Positions 29,339 through 40,267 of a stretch of 64,000 bases of DNA are shown piece by piece (the first letter of the stretch is position 1; each line of letters starts with the position of its first letter). The DNA comes from an uncultured Gemmatimonadaceae bacterium. Lineage in GTDB: Bacteria > Gemmatimonadota > Gemmatimonadetes > Gemmatimonadales > Gemmatimonadaceae. Where the stretch lies: the NCBI GenBank assembly GCA_963751275.1, contig CAVVTZ010000007.1, positions 160,001 through 224,000 of the forward strand, read 5' to 3'. Both the position numbers and the translations under genes were made by a program. A model generated the notes under the pieces. The model was not told the DNA's origin and searched no databases. It worked only from the letters and a program-made list of their open reading frames with translations.

Positions 29339-30154
29339 TTACGGCGCCGCTTCCTTGAGAGCATTGTCGATGTCGGGCCCGTGCTCCTGGTAGCCGGGCA
29401 GGTCCTTCTTCCGCTCGGCGGGGGCGGCGGCGATCAGGCGCTTGCCGTAGGAAGCCGCGGCCTTGGTGTCGCCCATGTCGCGCGCGACGCGCATGGCGAG
29501 CGCGAGGCCGAGAAGGTTCTTCGGCGACGCGGCGAGGATCGTGTCGGCCTGCGCCTTCGCGAGCGGCAGGGCGCCGGAGACCTCGGCGACTCGGCCGAGG
29601 TCGTAGCGCGTGTCGGCGGTGACGGCGGAATCCGGGATCATCTGGTACGCGCGGATCGCCATCGGCGCGAAGAGCGCGACGCTGTCCTTCTTTCCTTCGG
29701 TATTGAGCCGCATGATGCGATTGTAGAGGCGGCCGGCGGCCTCGCTCATCGACATGGAGCTGATGTCGACGGCGGAGGCGCCGGCGAGCGGCGTGTTCTC
29801 CGGCTGGTCCGCGGCGCCGGCGGCCGTCTCATTGCTCCCGAAGCTGCGCGACGCGATCAGCACGACCAGTGCGACGATCGCGATGCCGACGACGGCCCAG
29901 GGCGCCATCGCGGCGAAGCCGGTGGCGGCGGGGGAGACGGGGGCCGTGGTCTCCTCAACAGCAGGGGCGCGTTTCGCGCCCGGGTTCGTCGGAGTGCCGC
30001 AACGATGACAGAACTTCGCGCCGGCGGCGAGTTCCGCCTTGCACGACGCGCAGATGCCGCCGGTGAGGGTGCTCCCGCATTCGGAGCAGAATTTTCCCTT
30101 GGCGGCATGGCCGCAATTGGGGCACGTGATGGTATCGCTCGGTTCGTTCGCCAT
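29339..30154 (-). CDS. Double-zinc-ribbon single-pass membrane protein
   Basis: Four CxxC motifs, one TM segment, helical (TPR-like) C-terminus. Confidence 0.85.
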   Translation of the reverse strand: MANEPSDTITCPNCGHAAKGKFCSECGSTLTGGICASCKAELAAGAKFCHRCGTPTNPGAKRAPAVEETTAPVSPAATGFAAMAPWAVVGIAIVALVVLIASRSFGSNETAAGAADQPENTPLAGASAVDISSMSMSEAAGRLYNRIMRLNTEGKKDSVALFAPMAIRAYQMIPDSAVTADTRYDLGRVAEVSGALPLAKAQADTILAASPKNLLGLALAMRVARDMGDTKAAASYGKRLIAAAPAERKKDLPGYQEHGPDIDNALKEAAP

Positions 30155-30227
30155 GGGTGGAAAGGTAAGCGACTACCCGCGCGAGTGCGATGTGTCCCGT
30201 GGAAATTGCAGAATCCGCACGTTTCCT

Positions 30228-30256
30228 TTGACACCGCGCGGGAATTCGGGTAGGTT
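30228..30256 (+). promoter_or_regulatory. sigma70 promoter of glnA, TTGACA-N17-TAGGTT
   Basis: Perfect -35 with a 17-bp spacer. Confidence 0.65.
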
Positions 30257-30290
30257 CGGCTCCCCACCCGCATCGCATCGTGAGGCTTTC

Positions 30291-31660
30291 GTGCCGCATC
30301 GCTCGCATCCGCCGGCGCCGAGAACGGCCGGCGCCACGAAGAAGGAGATCCTCGAGTTGACGCGCGCGAACAACGTGCGCTTCCTGCGGCTCCAGTTCAC
30401 GGACATCCTGGGCGTGAACAAGAACGTGGAGATCCCGGCGTCGCAGTTCGAGAAGGCGCTGGACGGGGACATCATGTTCGACGGTTCGTCGATCGAGGGA
30501 TTCGTGCGGATCGAGGAGTCGGACATGCTGCTCGCGCCCGATCTCGTCCACCTTCCAGATCTTCCCGTGGGAGAGCGCGCAGGAACAAGGTCGCGCGCAT
30601 CATCTGCGACATCAACACGCCCGACGACCAGCCCTTCGCCGGCGATCCCCGCGGCTGGCGCTCAAGCGGCAGATCGCGCGGCGCGGAAGCTGGGTTACAC
30701 GATGAACGCGGGCATGGAGGCGGAGTTCTTCCTGTTCAAGCGCGCCGCCGATGGCGCGCGACCACCGAGACGCACGATGTGGGCGCGCTACTTCGATCTC
30801 GCGCCGGTGGACCTGGGCGAGGACGCGCGGCGCTCGATCGTGGACGATCCTCGAGCGATGGGGTTCGAGGTGGAGGCGGCGCACCACGAGGTGGCGCACG
30901 GCCAGCACGAGATCGATTTCCGCTACGCGGATGCGCTGACGACGGCGGACAACATCGCGACGTTCCGTTTCGTGGTGAAGTACGTGGCGCAGCAATTCGG
31001 GCTGGTGGCGAGCTTCATGCCGAAGCCGGTGTTCGGGCAGAACGGCAGCGGCATGCACACGCATCAGTCGCTGTTCAAGGGCAAGGACGAACGCGTTCTG
31101 GGACCCGAAGGCGGAGTGGGAACTGAGCAAGACCGCGCTCCACTATATCGGCGGGCTGCTGCGGCACGCGCGCGGCTACTGCGCGATCACCAACCCGCTG
31201 GTGAATTCAGTACAAGCGGCTGGTGCCGGGCTACGAGGCGCCGGTGAACGTGGCGTGGTCGATGCGGAACCGCTCGCCGATGATCCGCATCCCCGACCGG
31301 CGCGGATTGGGCACGCGTGTGGAATTGCGCGTGCCCGACCCCTCGGCGAATCCCTATCTCGCGCTCACGGTGATGCTGGCGGCGGGGCTCGACGGCATCG
31401 AGACGAAGGCCGACCATCGTGAGCCGGTGAACGAGAACATCTGGGAGATGAGCTACCGCGAGAAGCGCCGCCTGCGCATCGACGATCTCCCGCACGATCT
31501 CAATGAGGCGTGCGATGAGCTGGAGAAGGACAAGGTCATCACGAATGCGCTTGGCGCGCACATCGCGAAGCATTTCGTGGACGCGAAGCGACAGGAGTGG
31601 CGGGACTACATCGGGCAGGTGAGTGCTTGGGAGCTGGAGAATTACCTCGCCAAGTATTGA
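30291..31660 (+). CDS. glnA: Type I glutamine synthetase, several frameshifts
   Basis: LQFTDILG, FDGSSIEGF, HHEVAHGQHEID, FMPKP, NGSGMHTH, PGYEAP, NRS, RVELR.PDPSANPY. Confidence 0.93.
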
Positions 31661-31785
31661 CGACAGTCGTTGGTCGTACGCGTTTGGAACGACGGTCGTT
31701 GGTCGTACGCGTTTGGAAGAGCTTGAGGGGCCGTCGCATTCGCGACGGCCCCTCATGTCCTCACTGAACGCATACGACCAACGAC
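31661..31785. repeat. Composite repeat: two tandem 29-mers, central hairpin and an inverted partial copy
   Basis: CGAC(A/G)GTCGTTGGTCGTACGCGTTTGGAA at 31661-31689 and 31690-31718. Inverted 19-mer at 31767-31785. Confidence 0.85.
31724..31755. terminator. Probable bidirectional terminator between the convergent GS genes
   Basis: 14-bp perfect stem TGAGGGGCCGTCGC/GCGACGGCCCCTCA with a 4-nt loop. Confidence 0.7.
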
Positions 31786-31791
31786 TTGCAG

Positions 31792-34024
31792 CTAGACAGG
31801 GAAGAGAATCTCGCGGTACTTCGGCAAGGGCCATTGTTCGTCGGCCACGATCAGCTCCAGCGTATCCGCGCTGTCGCGCACCTCGGCCATCCGCTCGGCG
31901 CCTTCGCTCGTGAGCAGCTTCGCTTGCTTCTCGGGCGCGTCGTGCATGCCCTCCGCCTGCTCGATCACCTTCGCGAGTTCGTTGCGCCGGGTCTGCAGCT
32001 GCTGGATCAGGCGCGCCACGCGGTTCGCCGTCTCGGTCTGCGGGATCACGGCGACGCCGGCGTTCTTGGCGTTCGACGCCGACTCGACCAGCATCGCGCA
32101 GTAGGCGAAGCAGGCGGGCAGGACCATCGTGTCCACCATCTCGCGGAGCATGGTGAGCTCGATCAGCATGTCCTTCACGTATCGCTCGATGCGCACGTGG
32201 TAGCGCGACTCGAGCTCTTCCTTCGAGAGAATGCCGAGCTTCTGGAAGAGCGCCCGCGATTGCTTGGTCAGCATCTGACCGAGCGCTTCGGGCGTGCGGC
32301 GGAAGTTCGGGAGGCCGCGCTTCTCGGCTTCCTTCACCCACTCGTCGGAGTAGTTGTTCCCCTCGAAGCGGATCGCGGCCGTCTCCTTGAACACCTCGCG
32401 CACCACCTTGAGCACCGCGTCGTCGCCCGACTTCGCGTTCTTGAGCAACGGCGGAGCGTGGCCGTGATCTCGCTGAGCGCCTCGGCGACCGTCGCGTTGA
32501 GCAGCATCACCGGGAAGGCGATCGAAGGCTCGCCGCCCACCGCGCGGAACTCGAACTTCGCGCCGGTGAACGCGAACGGCGACGTGCGATTGCGGTCGGT
32601 GTTGTCCTTGTCGACTCCGGGAGCTTCGTTCACGCCGAGGCTGGATCAGCGCCTGCGCGGCGCTGGTGGTGCCCGTCTTGCCGGCGACGATGTCGTCGAT
32701 CATGCGCGTGAGCATGTCGCCCATGAACACGGAGATGATCGCGGGCGGCGCTTCGTTGGCGCCGAGCCGGTGCTCGTTGCCCGAGGTCGCGATGCTCGCG
32801 CGCAGGAGACCCGGCATGCTTGTGCACCGCCTTGAGCACGGCGGCGAGGAAGAGCAGGAAGCGGATGTTCTGGTGCGGCGTCTTGCCCGGCTTGAGCAGG
32901 TTCACGCCGTCGAGCGCGTCGTTGTCGGCGTGATCGCCATCGACCAGTTGCAGTGCTTGCCCGAGCCGTTGATGCCGGCAAAGGGCTTCTCGTGCGAGCA
33001 GCGCCTGGAGCCCGTGGCGCAGCGCGACGCGGCGGAGCACCGCCATGACGAGCTGGTTGTGGTCGACGGCGATGTCGGACTCCTCGAACATCGGCGCCAT
33101 CTCGAACTGGCAGGGCGCGACTTCGTTGTGCCGCGTGACGATCGGCACGCCGAGCTTGTAGAGCTCGTGCTCGACTTCGCTGATGCAGGCCAGGATGCGC
33201 TCGGGGATCCCGCCGAAGTAGTGGTCCTCGAGCTGCTGGCCGCGCGGCGGCGGCGCGCCGAGGAGCGTGCGGCCGCCCATGACGAGATCCGGGCGGAGCG
33301 CGAAGTGCACGCGGTCGATGAGGAAATATTCCTGCTCGGGTCCGAGCGTGGTGTACACGCGCTGTACGCCCTTGTCGCCGAGCAGCTCGAGGAGCTCGAT
33401 CGTCTTCTCGGAGAGGACGTCGGAGCTGCGGAGCAGCGGCGTCATCTCGTCGAGCGCTTCGCCGTTGTAGCCGATGAAGACCGACGGGATGCAGAGCGTG
33501 CGCGTGTTGCCGCCCTCGACGATGAAGACGGGGCTGGCCGGGTTCCACGCGGTGTAGCCGCGCGCTTCCCACGTGGCGCGCAGTCCGCCGGAGGGGAAGC
33601 TCGAGGCGTCGGGCTCGCTCTGGATGAGCTGCGCGCCGGAGAAGCTCTCCATGGGGGAGAGCTTCTCGTCGAAGCTGAGGAACGCGTCGTGCTTCTCGGC
33701 GGTGAGGCCGGTCTGCGGCTGGAACCAGTGCGTGAAGTGCGTGACGCCGCGCGACATCGCCCATTCCTTGATGACCTGCGCGACCGTGGGTGCGATCTCG
33801 ACGTCGAGTTTCTTCCCGAGGCGGATGGCGGCGACGAGCTTGGTGTAGACCTCCTTCGGGAGCTTCGCCTTCATCTGGCGAACGCCGAAGGTGTTGATGC
33901 CGAAGTATTCGGAGGTGGGCGGGAGCGTCGCTTTCCCGTTGGAATGCGGGAGTTCGATCCGTGGGAGGCGGCGCGCGAGATCCTGCACGGCGGCCTTCCG
34001 CGGATTCGAGATGAACGAGGGCAT
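31792..34024 (-). CDS. Type III glutamine synthetase, several frameshifts
   Basis: [67 protein letters not shown]. Confidence 0.93.
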
Positions 34025-34078
34025 GTGAGTGGGGCTCCGGCTGGCGTGGAGGGAGGCGCGAGTACCGTGCGCGGAAAT

Positions 34079-34165
34079 TTGCATAAACGACAGAATTTAT
34101 GCAACAGGGGAAACGGGAAACGGGAATCGGGAGCAAAACGACTGCAAAAACCGGCAAGTTTTGCA
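34079..34165. promoter_or_regulatory. Two AT-rich TGCA palindromes upstream of GSIII
   Basis: TTGCATAAA-N8-TTTATGCAA (34079-34104) and TGCAAAA-N9-TTTTGCA (34143-34165). Confidence 0.55.
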
Positions 34166-34203
34166 CAAGCAGCCGTCGCTTAGTAGCTCTTGGGCATAGA
34201 AAA

Positions 34204-34238
34204 GCGGGGCGGCGGGCCGATACGGCCCGCCGCCCCGC
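34204..34238 (-). terminator. Intrinsic terminator of the M28 peptidase gene
   Basis: 16-bp perfect GC stem followed by TTTTCT on the minus strand. Confidence 0.85.
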
Positions 34239-34261
34239 GTTCGTGGCGCCTTACGGGCGGG

Positions 34262-35947
34262 CTACTGCCGGCAGGGGGCCGTCGGGTCGGGGAGTGGGTG
34301 ATCGACCACCACGCGGTGGTCGAGGTCGGCGACGGTGAGGGCGACATCGAAGACGAACTGTGTCACGTGCGCGAAGTGCTGGTAATCGATGTACTGCGGC
34401 TCATCGGTGAGCTGGTGGTAGTCCTGGTGCGTGCCGGTGGTGAAGAAGGTGATCGGGATGCCGTAGCGCGCGTAGTTCGCGTGGTCGCTGCGGCAGTAGA
34501 TGTTCTCGGGGTGGCCGTTCGCATCGAACGTGTAATCGAACACGAAGGGCTGTTTGCGCTTCTTGTTCTGCGCTTCCACGATGTCGCCGAGTTCGGTCGA
34601 GAGGCGCCGGGAGCCGATCAGCTGCAGATACAGCGGGCCGCCACCCTTGAGATCGGCGGCGTCGCCGCGGCCGATCATGTCGATGTTGAGCTGGGCGACG
34701 ATCGAATCGCGCGGCACGGTGGTGTGGTCGGTGAACCAGCGCGAGCCGAGGAGACCGAGCTCCTCGCCCGTGTGCCAGACGAAGAGCATGGAGCGCTTGG
34801 GGTGCGGTCTCGTGGCGGCCATCGCCTGCGCGATCTCGAGCACGGCCATGGAGCCGGAGCCGTCGTCATCGGCGCCGTTGTTGATCGAATCGGGGCGCGG
34901 CGGGCGGATCTTGCGCAGGCTGTCGACGTTCACGTGAATGCTTGAAATGGCCTGCGCGGATGGGGCGGGCGCTTCAACATCGCGGCCGCGCAGCTCCCAC
35001 GCGGCGGTGAGCGCGGCGCGCAGGGAATCGTGGTCCACCGCGTGGTCGCGCACGCCGATGTGATCGCTATGGGCGCCGATCGCGACGTACTCACCCTTCA
35101 CCTTCTTGTCGCTGCCGGGCAGCACGGCGACGACGTTGCGCGCGAGGAGCGGCTGTTCGTTCAGGCGGATGGCGCCGTGCACGGTCACGCCACTGTCGCC
35201 GGCGCGTGCGCTGTCGAGCGGGTGGCCGAGGAGCAGCTGCGCGGTGCGCGGCGTGATGAGCATGATCTGCGGCGTACCGACGCCGGTCGATGCGGTGGAG
35301 GCCATGCCGATCGACGAACGCGAGAGCAGCGCGAGCGCGCCGGGGGTGGCGCGCTCGAGTCCGGGCATCGCGACGCCGGCCGCGCCGGCGAAGCGGCTGT
35401 TGCCGCGCAGGAAGGGGATCGCGATGCGCTGACCGGCGGCGGCCGGCGCCATGCCGAACACGACGAGCTTGCCGGCGGCCTGGGCGGCGGAGATCCACGT
35501 GGTGGAGTCGGTCCAGATGCCGCCGTACACGGCACGTACGCCCTCGAGCGGGCGCGGTGTGCCGCGCGTACCGAGCGGGACGAAATCGGCCGGCGCGATG
35601 AGCACCGTCGTGTCGGCACGGAGGGTGTCCACCGGCGCGAAGCTGCGGCGCACGAGGGGCACGTACTGGAAATACGTCCCGCTGTCACCCGCGGGCACGA
35701 GGCCGATCTTCTTCAACTCAGCGGCGATATACGCCGTGGCCTTGAGATTGCCTTCCGTGCCGCCCTGGCGGCCGGCCATCGAATCGTCGGCGAAGATGTA
35801 GAGCCGCGTCATGAGATCGGCGGCGGTGATGGCGGCGGTGGTGGGCTTGGGCGTGTGCTTGAGCGGCAGCGCGGGCGGCGCAGCCTGCGCCGCGGCGAGA
35901 GCGGGGAACGCGGCAAGGGCCGCGAGGATTACGAATCGACGATGCAT
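34262..35947 (-). CDS. Secreted M28-family metallopeptidase
   Basis: Signal peptide, GAHSDH, NGADDDGSG, GEELGLLGS, NIDMIG, RSDH, DYH. Confidence 0.93.
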   Translation of the reverse strand: MHRRFVILAALAAFPALAAAQAAPPALPLKHTPKPTTAAITAADLMTRLYIFADDSMAGRQGGTEGNLKATAYIAAELKKIGLVPAGDSGTYFQYVPLVRRSFAPVDTLRADTTVLIAPADFVPLGTRGTPRPLEGVRAVYGGIWTDSTTWISAAQAAGKLVVFGMAPAAAGQRIAIPFLRGNSRFAGAAGVAMPGLERATPGALALLSRSSIGMASTASTGVGTPQIMLITPRTAQLLLGHPLDSARAGDSGVTVHGAIRLNEQPLLARNVVAVLPGSDKKVKGEYVAIGAHSDHIGVRDHAVDHDSLRAALTAAWELRGRDVEAPAPSAQAISSIHVNVDSLRKIRPPRPDSINNGADDDGSGSMAVLEIAQAMAATRPHPKRSMLFVWHTGEELGLLGSRWFTDHTTVPRDSIVAQLNIDMIGRGDAADLKGGGPLYLQLIGSRRLSTELGDIVEAQNKKRKQPFVFDYTFDANGHPENIYCRSDHANYARYGIPITFFTTGTHQDYHQLTDEPQYIDYQHFAHVTQFVFDVALTVADLDHRVVVDHPLPDPTAPCRQ

Positions 35948-36051
35948 GCGCTATGAGTTGGGGGAGGAAGGGCTGACGACTCCGGATGCAGCACGAGTCG
36001 CGCTTGGAAGATACGCGGCCTGATCGCACTTCGTTGTCATTGGGAGGAACC

Positions 36052-36531
36052 ATGACCGCACCGGCGAACGACGTTCCTGCATTGATCTCCGCGTTGGAGG
36101 GCGTGCCGAAGCTGATCACGCCGATGCTGCGAGACATGCCGCCCGAGAACCTGAAACGGCGGCCGTCGCCGAAGAAATGGAGCGCGCACGAGCACGCGTG
36201 CCACCTGGGCCTGGTGCATGGTCTCTTCTTCGACCGTCTCGAACGGATGCTGCACGAGGATGGCGCGCAGGTCGTACCCTACGATCCGGAATCCGAGCCG
36301 GAGGACATGCTGATCACGATGGACCTCGACGCGACGCTCGCGAAGTTCGCCCGGGAGCGCACGGAGATCCTGGCGAAGATCCGGGCGCTCACGCCGGCGC
36401 AGTGGGGGCGCACGGCGCGCCACCCGGAATACCGCACATACACCGTGTACATCATGTTCCGGCACCTGCTGCTGCACGACATGCTGCACGGGTACCGCAT
36501 CGAGGAGCTGGCGTACAAGACGAACTGGTAG
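36052..36531 (+). CDS. DinB/YfiT-like protein
   Basis: WSAHEHACHL...HLLLHDMLH His triad. GGAGG RBS. Confidence 0.88.
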   Translation: MTAPANDVPALISALEGVPKLITPMLRDMPPENLKRRPSPKKWSAHEHACHLGLVHGLFFDRLERMLHEDGAQVVPYDPESEPEDMLITMDLDATLAKFARERTEILAKIRALTPAQWGRTARHPEYRTYTVYIMFRHLLLHDMLHGYRIEELAYKTNW

Positions 36532-36626
36532 AGCGGCACTCGGCGCTCGGACCTCGGCGCTCGGCGACCGCGCACGGCGAAGGGCGGACACCGATTACAT
36601 TTCCGGTTCCTCAAACCCGGCGTCCC

Positions 36627-38303
36627 GTGGCTCCCCAGTTCATCTACGTCATGAAGGACCTGCGCAAGGTCGTCCCGCCCAGCCGGGAGATCCTGCGCGG
36701 CATCTGGCTGTCGTTCTATCCCGGCGCCAAGATCGGCGTACTCGGCGGCAACGGCGCGGGCAAGAGCACGCTGCTGCGCATCATGGCCGGCATGGACCAT
36801 GATTTCCAGGGTGAAGCGTGGCCGGCGCAGGGGACGAAGATCGGCTATCTGCCGCAGGAGCCGCAGCTCGATCCCAAGCTCGACGTGAAGGGGAACGTCG
36901 AGCTCGCGGTGTCGGCGCAGCGCGCGCTGCTCAAGAAGTTCGAGGACATCAGCGCGAAGTTCGCCGAGCCGATGAGCGATGACGCGATGGCGAAGCTCAT
37001 CGATGAGCAGGGGCGCGTGCAGGAACAGATCGACACGCAGAACCTGTGGGAGCTGGACCGCCAGATCGACATCGCGATGGATGCGTTGCGCTGTCCGCCC
37101 GCCGACGCGAACGTGACGAAGCTCTCCGGCGGCGAGCGCCGCCGCGTGGCGCTCTGCCGCGTGTTGCTCGAGCATCCCGACATGCTGCTGCTCGACGAGC
37201 CGACGAACCATCTGGACGCCGAGAGCGTCGCGTGGCTCGAGCGGCACCTCGCGGAATTCCCGGGTACCGTGGTCGCGATCACGCACGACCGGTATTTCCT
37301 GGACAACGTCGCGAAGTGGATCCTCGAGCTCGACCGCGGCTCCGGCATCCCATGGGAAGGGAATTACACGAGCTGGCTGGACCAGAAGAGCACGCGGCTC
37401 AAGCAGGAGGAGAAGCAGGCGAGCGCCCGGCAGCGCACGCTGGAGCACGAGCTCGAATGGGTGCGCATGGCGCCGCGCGCGCGGCAGGCGAAGAACAAGG
37501 CGCGCATCCAGAAGTACGAGGAGCTGGCGGCCGCCGACACGTTCGAGCGCGTGTCCAAGAACGAGATCGTGATCCCGCCCCCGCCGCGGCTGGGCAACGA
37601 TGTGGTGATCGCGAAGGACCTCAAGAAAGGTTATGGCGACCGGCTGCTGTTCGAGAATCTCTCCTTCGCGCTGCCGCGCGGCGGGATCGTGGGCGTGATC
37701 GGCGCGAACGGCGCGGGGAAGACCACGCTCTTCCGGTTGATCACGGGGCAGGAGAAGCCGGACGGCGGCACGCTCACTGTGGGCGACACGGTGCACATCG
37801 CGTACGTGGATCAGGGGCGCGAGCTGAATGCCGCGAACACGGTGTTCCAGGAAGTGTGCGGCAACCAGGAGACGATCGCGGTGGGCAACAAGGAGATGAA
37901 CGCACGCGCGTATCTCGCGAGTTTCAACTTCCGCGGCGCCGACCAGCAGAAGAAGGTGAAGGACCTCTCCGGCGGCGAGCGCAACCGGCTGCACCTTGCG
38001 AACGTGCTCAAGGCCGGCGGCAACCTGCTGCTGCTCGACGAGCCGACGAACGATCTGGACGTGGACACGCTGCGCGCGCTCGAGGATGCGATGCTCGACT
38101 TCGCCGGCTGCGCCGTGATCATCTCACACGACCGGTGGTTCCTCGACCGCGTGGCGACGCACATGCTCGCCTTCGAGGGGGACAGCGAGGTGGTGTGGTT
38201 CGAGGGGAACTACGCGGCGTACATCGAGGACCTGCACCGCCGCAAAGGAACGGACGCGGATCAGCCGCACCGGCTGAAGTACAGGAAGCTCGTTCGAAAT
38301 TGA
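36627..38303 (+). CDS. ettA: Energy-dependent translational throttle protein (ABC-F)
   Basis: N-terminal QFIYVM...PPSREIL...SFYPGAKIG. Two ABC domains and no TM segments. Confidence 0.95.
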   Translation: MAPQFIYVMKDLRKVVPPSREILRGIWLSFYPGAKIGVLGGNGAGKSTLLRIMAGMDHDFQGEAWPAQGTKIGYLPQEPQLDPKLDVKGNVELAVSAQRALLKKFEDISAKFAEPMSDDAMAKLIDEQGRVQEQIDTQNLWELDRQIDIAMDALRCPPADANVTKLSGGERRRVALCRVLLEHPDMLLLDEPTNHLDAESVAWLERHLAEFPGTVVAITHDRYFLDNVAKWILELDRGSGIPWEGNYTSWLDQKSTRLKQEEKQASARQRTLEHELEWVRMAPRARQAKNKARIQKYEELAAADTFERVSKNEIVIPPPPRLGNDVVIAKDLKKGYGDRLLFENLSFALPRGGIVGVIGANGAGKTTLFRLITGQEKPDGGTLTVGDTVHIAYVDQGRELNAANTVFQEVCGNQETIAVGNKEMNARAYLASFNFRGADQQKKVKDLSGGERNRLHLANVLKAGGNLLLLDEPTNDLDVDTLRALEDAMLDFAGCAVIISHDRWFLDRVATHMLAFEGDSEVVWFEGNYAAYIEDLHRRKGTDADQPHRLKYRKLVRN

Positions 38304-38431
38304 AACTGCCGGGAACCGATTGCCGGGAACCGGTGTGGCATGACAACAGATTCCCTAACGACATCGCGCGACGTCGTTAGGGAATTTGTTCTTATGCCAC
38401 ACCTGTTCCCGGCAATCGGTTCCCGGAAGTT
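38304..38431. repeat. 128-bp near-perfect palindrome (64-bp arms, 6 mismatches)
   Basis: Left arm 38304-38367 matches the reverse complement of 38368-38431 at 58/64 positions. Confidence 0.92.
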
Positions 38432-40128
38432 AGTGAGTCCAGCCGGGTCCTCTCACCGCGACTCCCGGCTTCGCCCCCGTCGGCGCCGAGTTCTTCACGA
38501 CCTGGACGCCGTTCACCCACACATCCGTGACCCCCACCGAGATCTGATGCGGCTGCTCGTAGGTCGCCTTGTCGATCACGGTGGCGGGGTCGAAGAGCAC
38601 GAGATCGGCGAACATCCCCTCCCGGATCAGGCCGCGGTCGAAGAGCGAGAGCCGCGCCGCCGGGCCTGAGCTCATCTTCCGGATCGCATCCTCGAGTGTG
38701 AGCAGGTGCTGCTCGCGCACGTAGCGGCCGAGGATCTTCGGGTAGCTTCCATAGCTGCGCGGAATGCACGATGTCGTGCGAGCTGTCGGGATCGGTGCCG
38801 CCGGCGTCGGTGCCGATCAGCACCCACGGGCGCACGAGCTGCATCGCGACGTTCTCCTCGGTCATGCTGAACGTGATCTTGCCGGTCTGATTGTTCTCGG
38901 CGATCACGATGTCCACCAGCGCGTCGGCCCACGGCTTGTTCATCGCGGCGGCGATCTTGTCGAGGCGCCAGCCGTCGTACTGCTTGAGCGCCGGCGCGAG
39001 CAGGCCGACCACCATGATGCGGTCGGCGAGTCCCTGGCAGAGATCGAGCGCGCCCGGGCCCGTGTCGGTGGCAGCCGCTATGATCTTCGCGCGCATCGCA
39101 GGATCCTTCAGATTCGCGAGGAGTTTGCCGTCGGCGCTCGCCCACTGCGGAAGGCACGCGGAGAGATTGTTGGCGCTCGCGGAATACGGGTACATCGTGG
39201 CGCCCACGTCCTGCCCGGCGCTGCGCGCGGAATCGATCTTTGCGACCGCGGCCGGCGCCTTGGCCCAGTTCTTCGGACCGGCGGCCTTGAAGTGGTAGAT
39301 CTCCACCGGCACGCCGCCGTTCCGGCCGATCGCCATCGCTTCATCCATCGCCTCGAGCAGCGTGTTCTCCTCCGAGCGCATGTGCGTGATGTAGACGCCG
39401 TGGTACGGCGCCATGGCCTTCGCCATCTCGGTGAGCTCGTCGGTGCCCGCGAACGATCCAGGCGGGTAGATGAGCGCGCTCGCGATGCCGAAGGCGCCGT
39501 CCTGCATCGCGCGCTGGACCACGGCGCGCATCGTGTCGAGTTCGGCGGCGTTCGGCGCGCCCGTCGTCTCGCCCTTCGCATAGACGCGCACCGTCGCGGC
39601 GCCGAGGAAGGAGCCGACGTTCACCGACATCCCGTGCCGCTGCATGGCGTCGAGCCAGTCGCCGAATCCGTGCGGGCCCATGAACTGCAGCGCGATGCGC
39701 CGGTCAGCGGTGTCGGAGGCGGGAATGGTCGCGAGGATCTTGTCATTCACCGGCGCCGGGGTGTCGCCCTCGCCGAGGATCTCGGTGGTGACGCCCTGGG
39801 TGACCTTGCTCACGTCGCGGCCGTCGCCGGTGAGCAGTTCGTACGATTGTCCCTGCATGTCGATGAAGCCGGGGGCGAGCACCTGCCCGTGCGCGTCGAT
39901 GCGCTGGTCGGCGCGCGCATCGGCGAGGGCGCCGTCGGGCGCGACGCGGGCGATACGGTTGCCGCGCACGCCGACGTCGCCGTAGAACCATGGATTCCCG
40001 GTGCCGTCGACGATCCTGGCGTTCGAGATCACGAGCGAATAGCTGTCGCCGTCGCCGGAAGGGGAGTGGCCGGCGGAGGCGCAGGCAGCGAAGAGGGCGG
40101 AGGCGATGATGAGCGCGGATCGGTTCAT
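38430..40128 (-). CDS. N-acyl-D-amino-acid deacylase-like amidohydrolase (lipoprotein), +1 frameshift near 38764
   Basis: IVDGTG, APGFIDM, YITHMRSE, IYHFK, IGTD. HPRSYGSYP is restored by removing one base. Confidence 0.9.
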
Positions 40129-40267
40129 TGAGGCACGCGGGCTGAAGTGGGTGGACGCGGAATTGGCGTCGATTCCCGCGCGAGCGCAAGCGGCGCGCGC
40201 GCCACAGGTGCTGGTCGGGGCGCCAGGCGCGCGGTAGACTCCCGTCGTCCCTTTGCCGGAAGACCGC

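Noticed and set aside
31661..31718. Possible mini CRISPR array (29-bp repeats)
   Set aside because: The repeats are directly adjacent with no spacer, and there are no cas genes.
30540..33000. Programmed frameshifting or pseudogenisation of both GS genes
   Set aside because: Multiple irregular indels without slippery sites, and loss of both GS enzymes is implausible. Sequencing error is simpler.
34140..34170. sigma54 promoter for GSIII
   Set aside because: No GG-N10-GC spacing on the appropriate strand.
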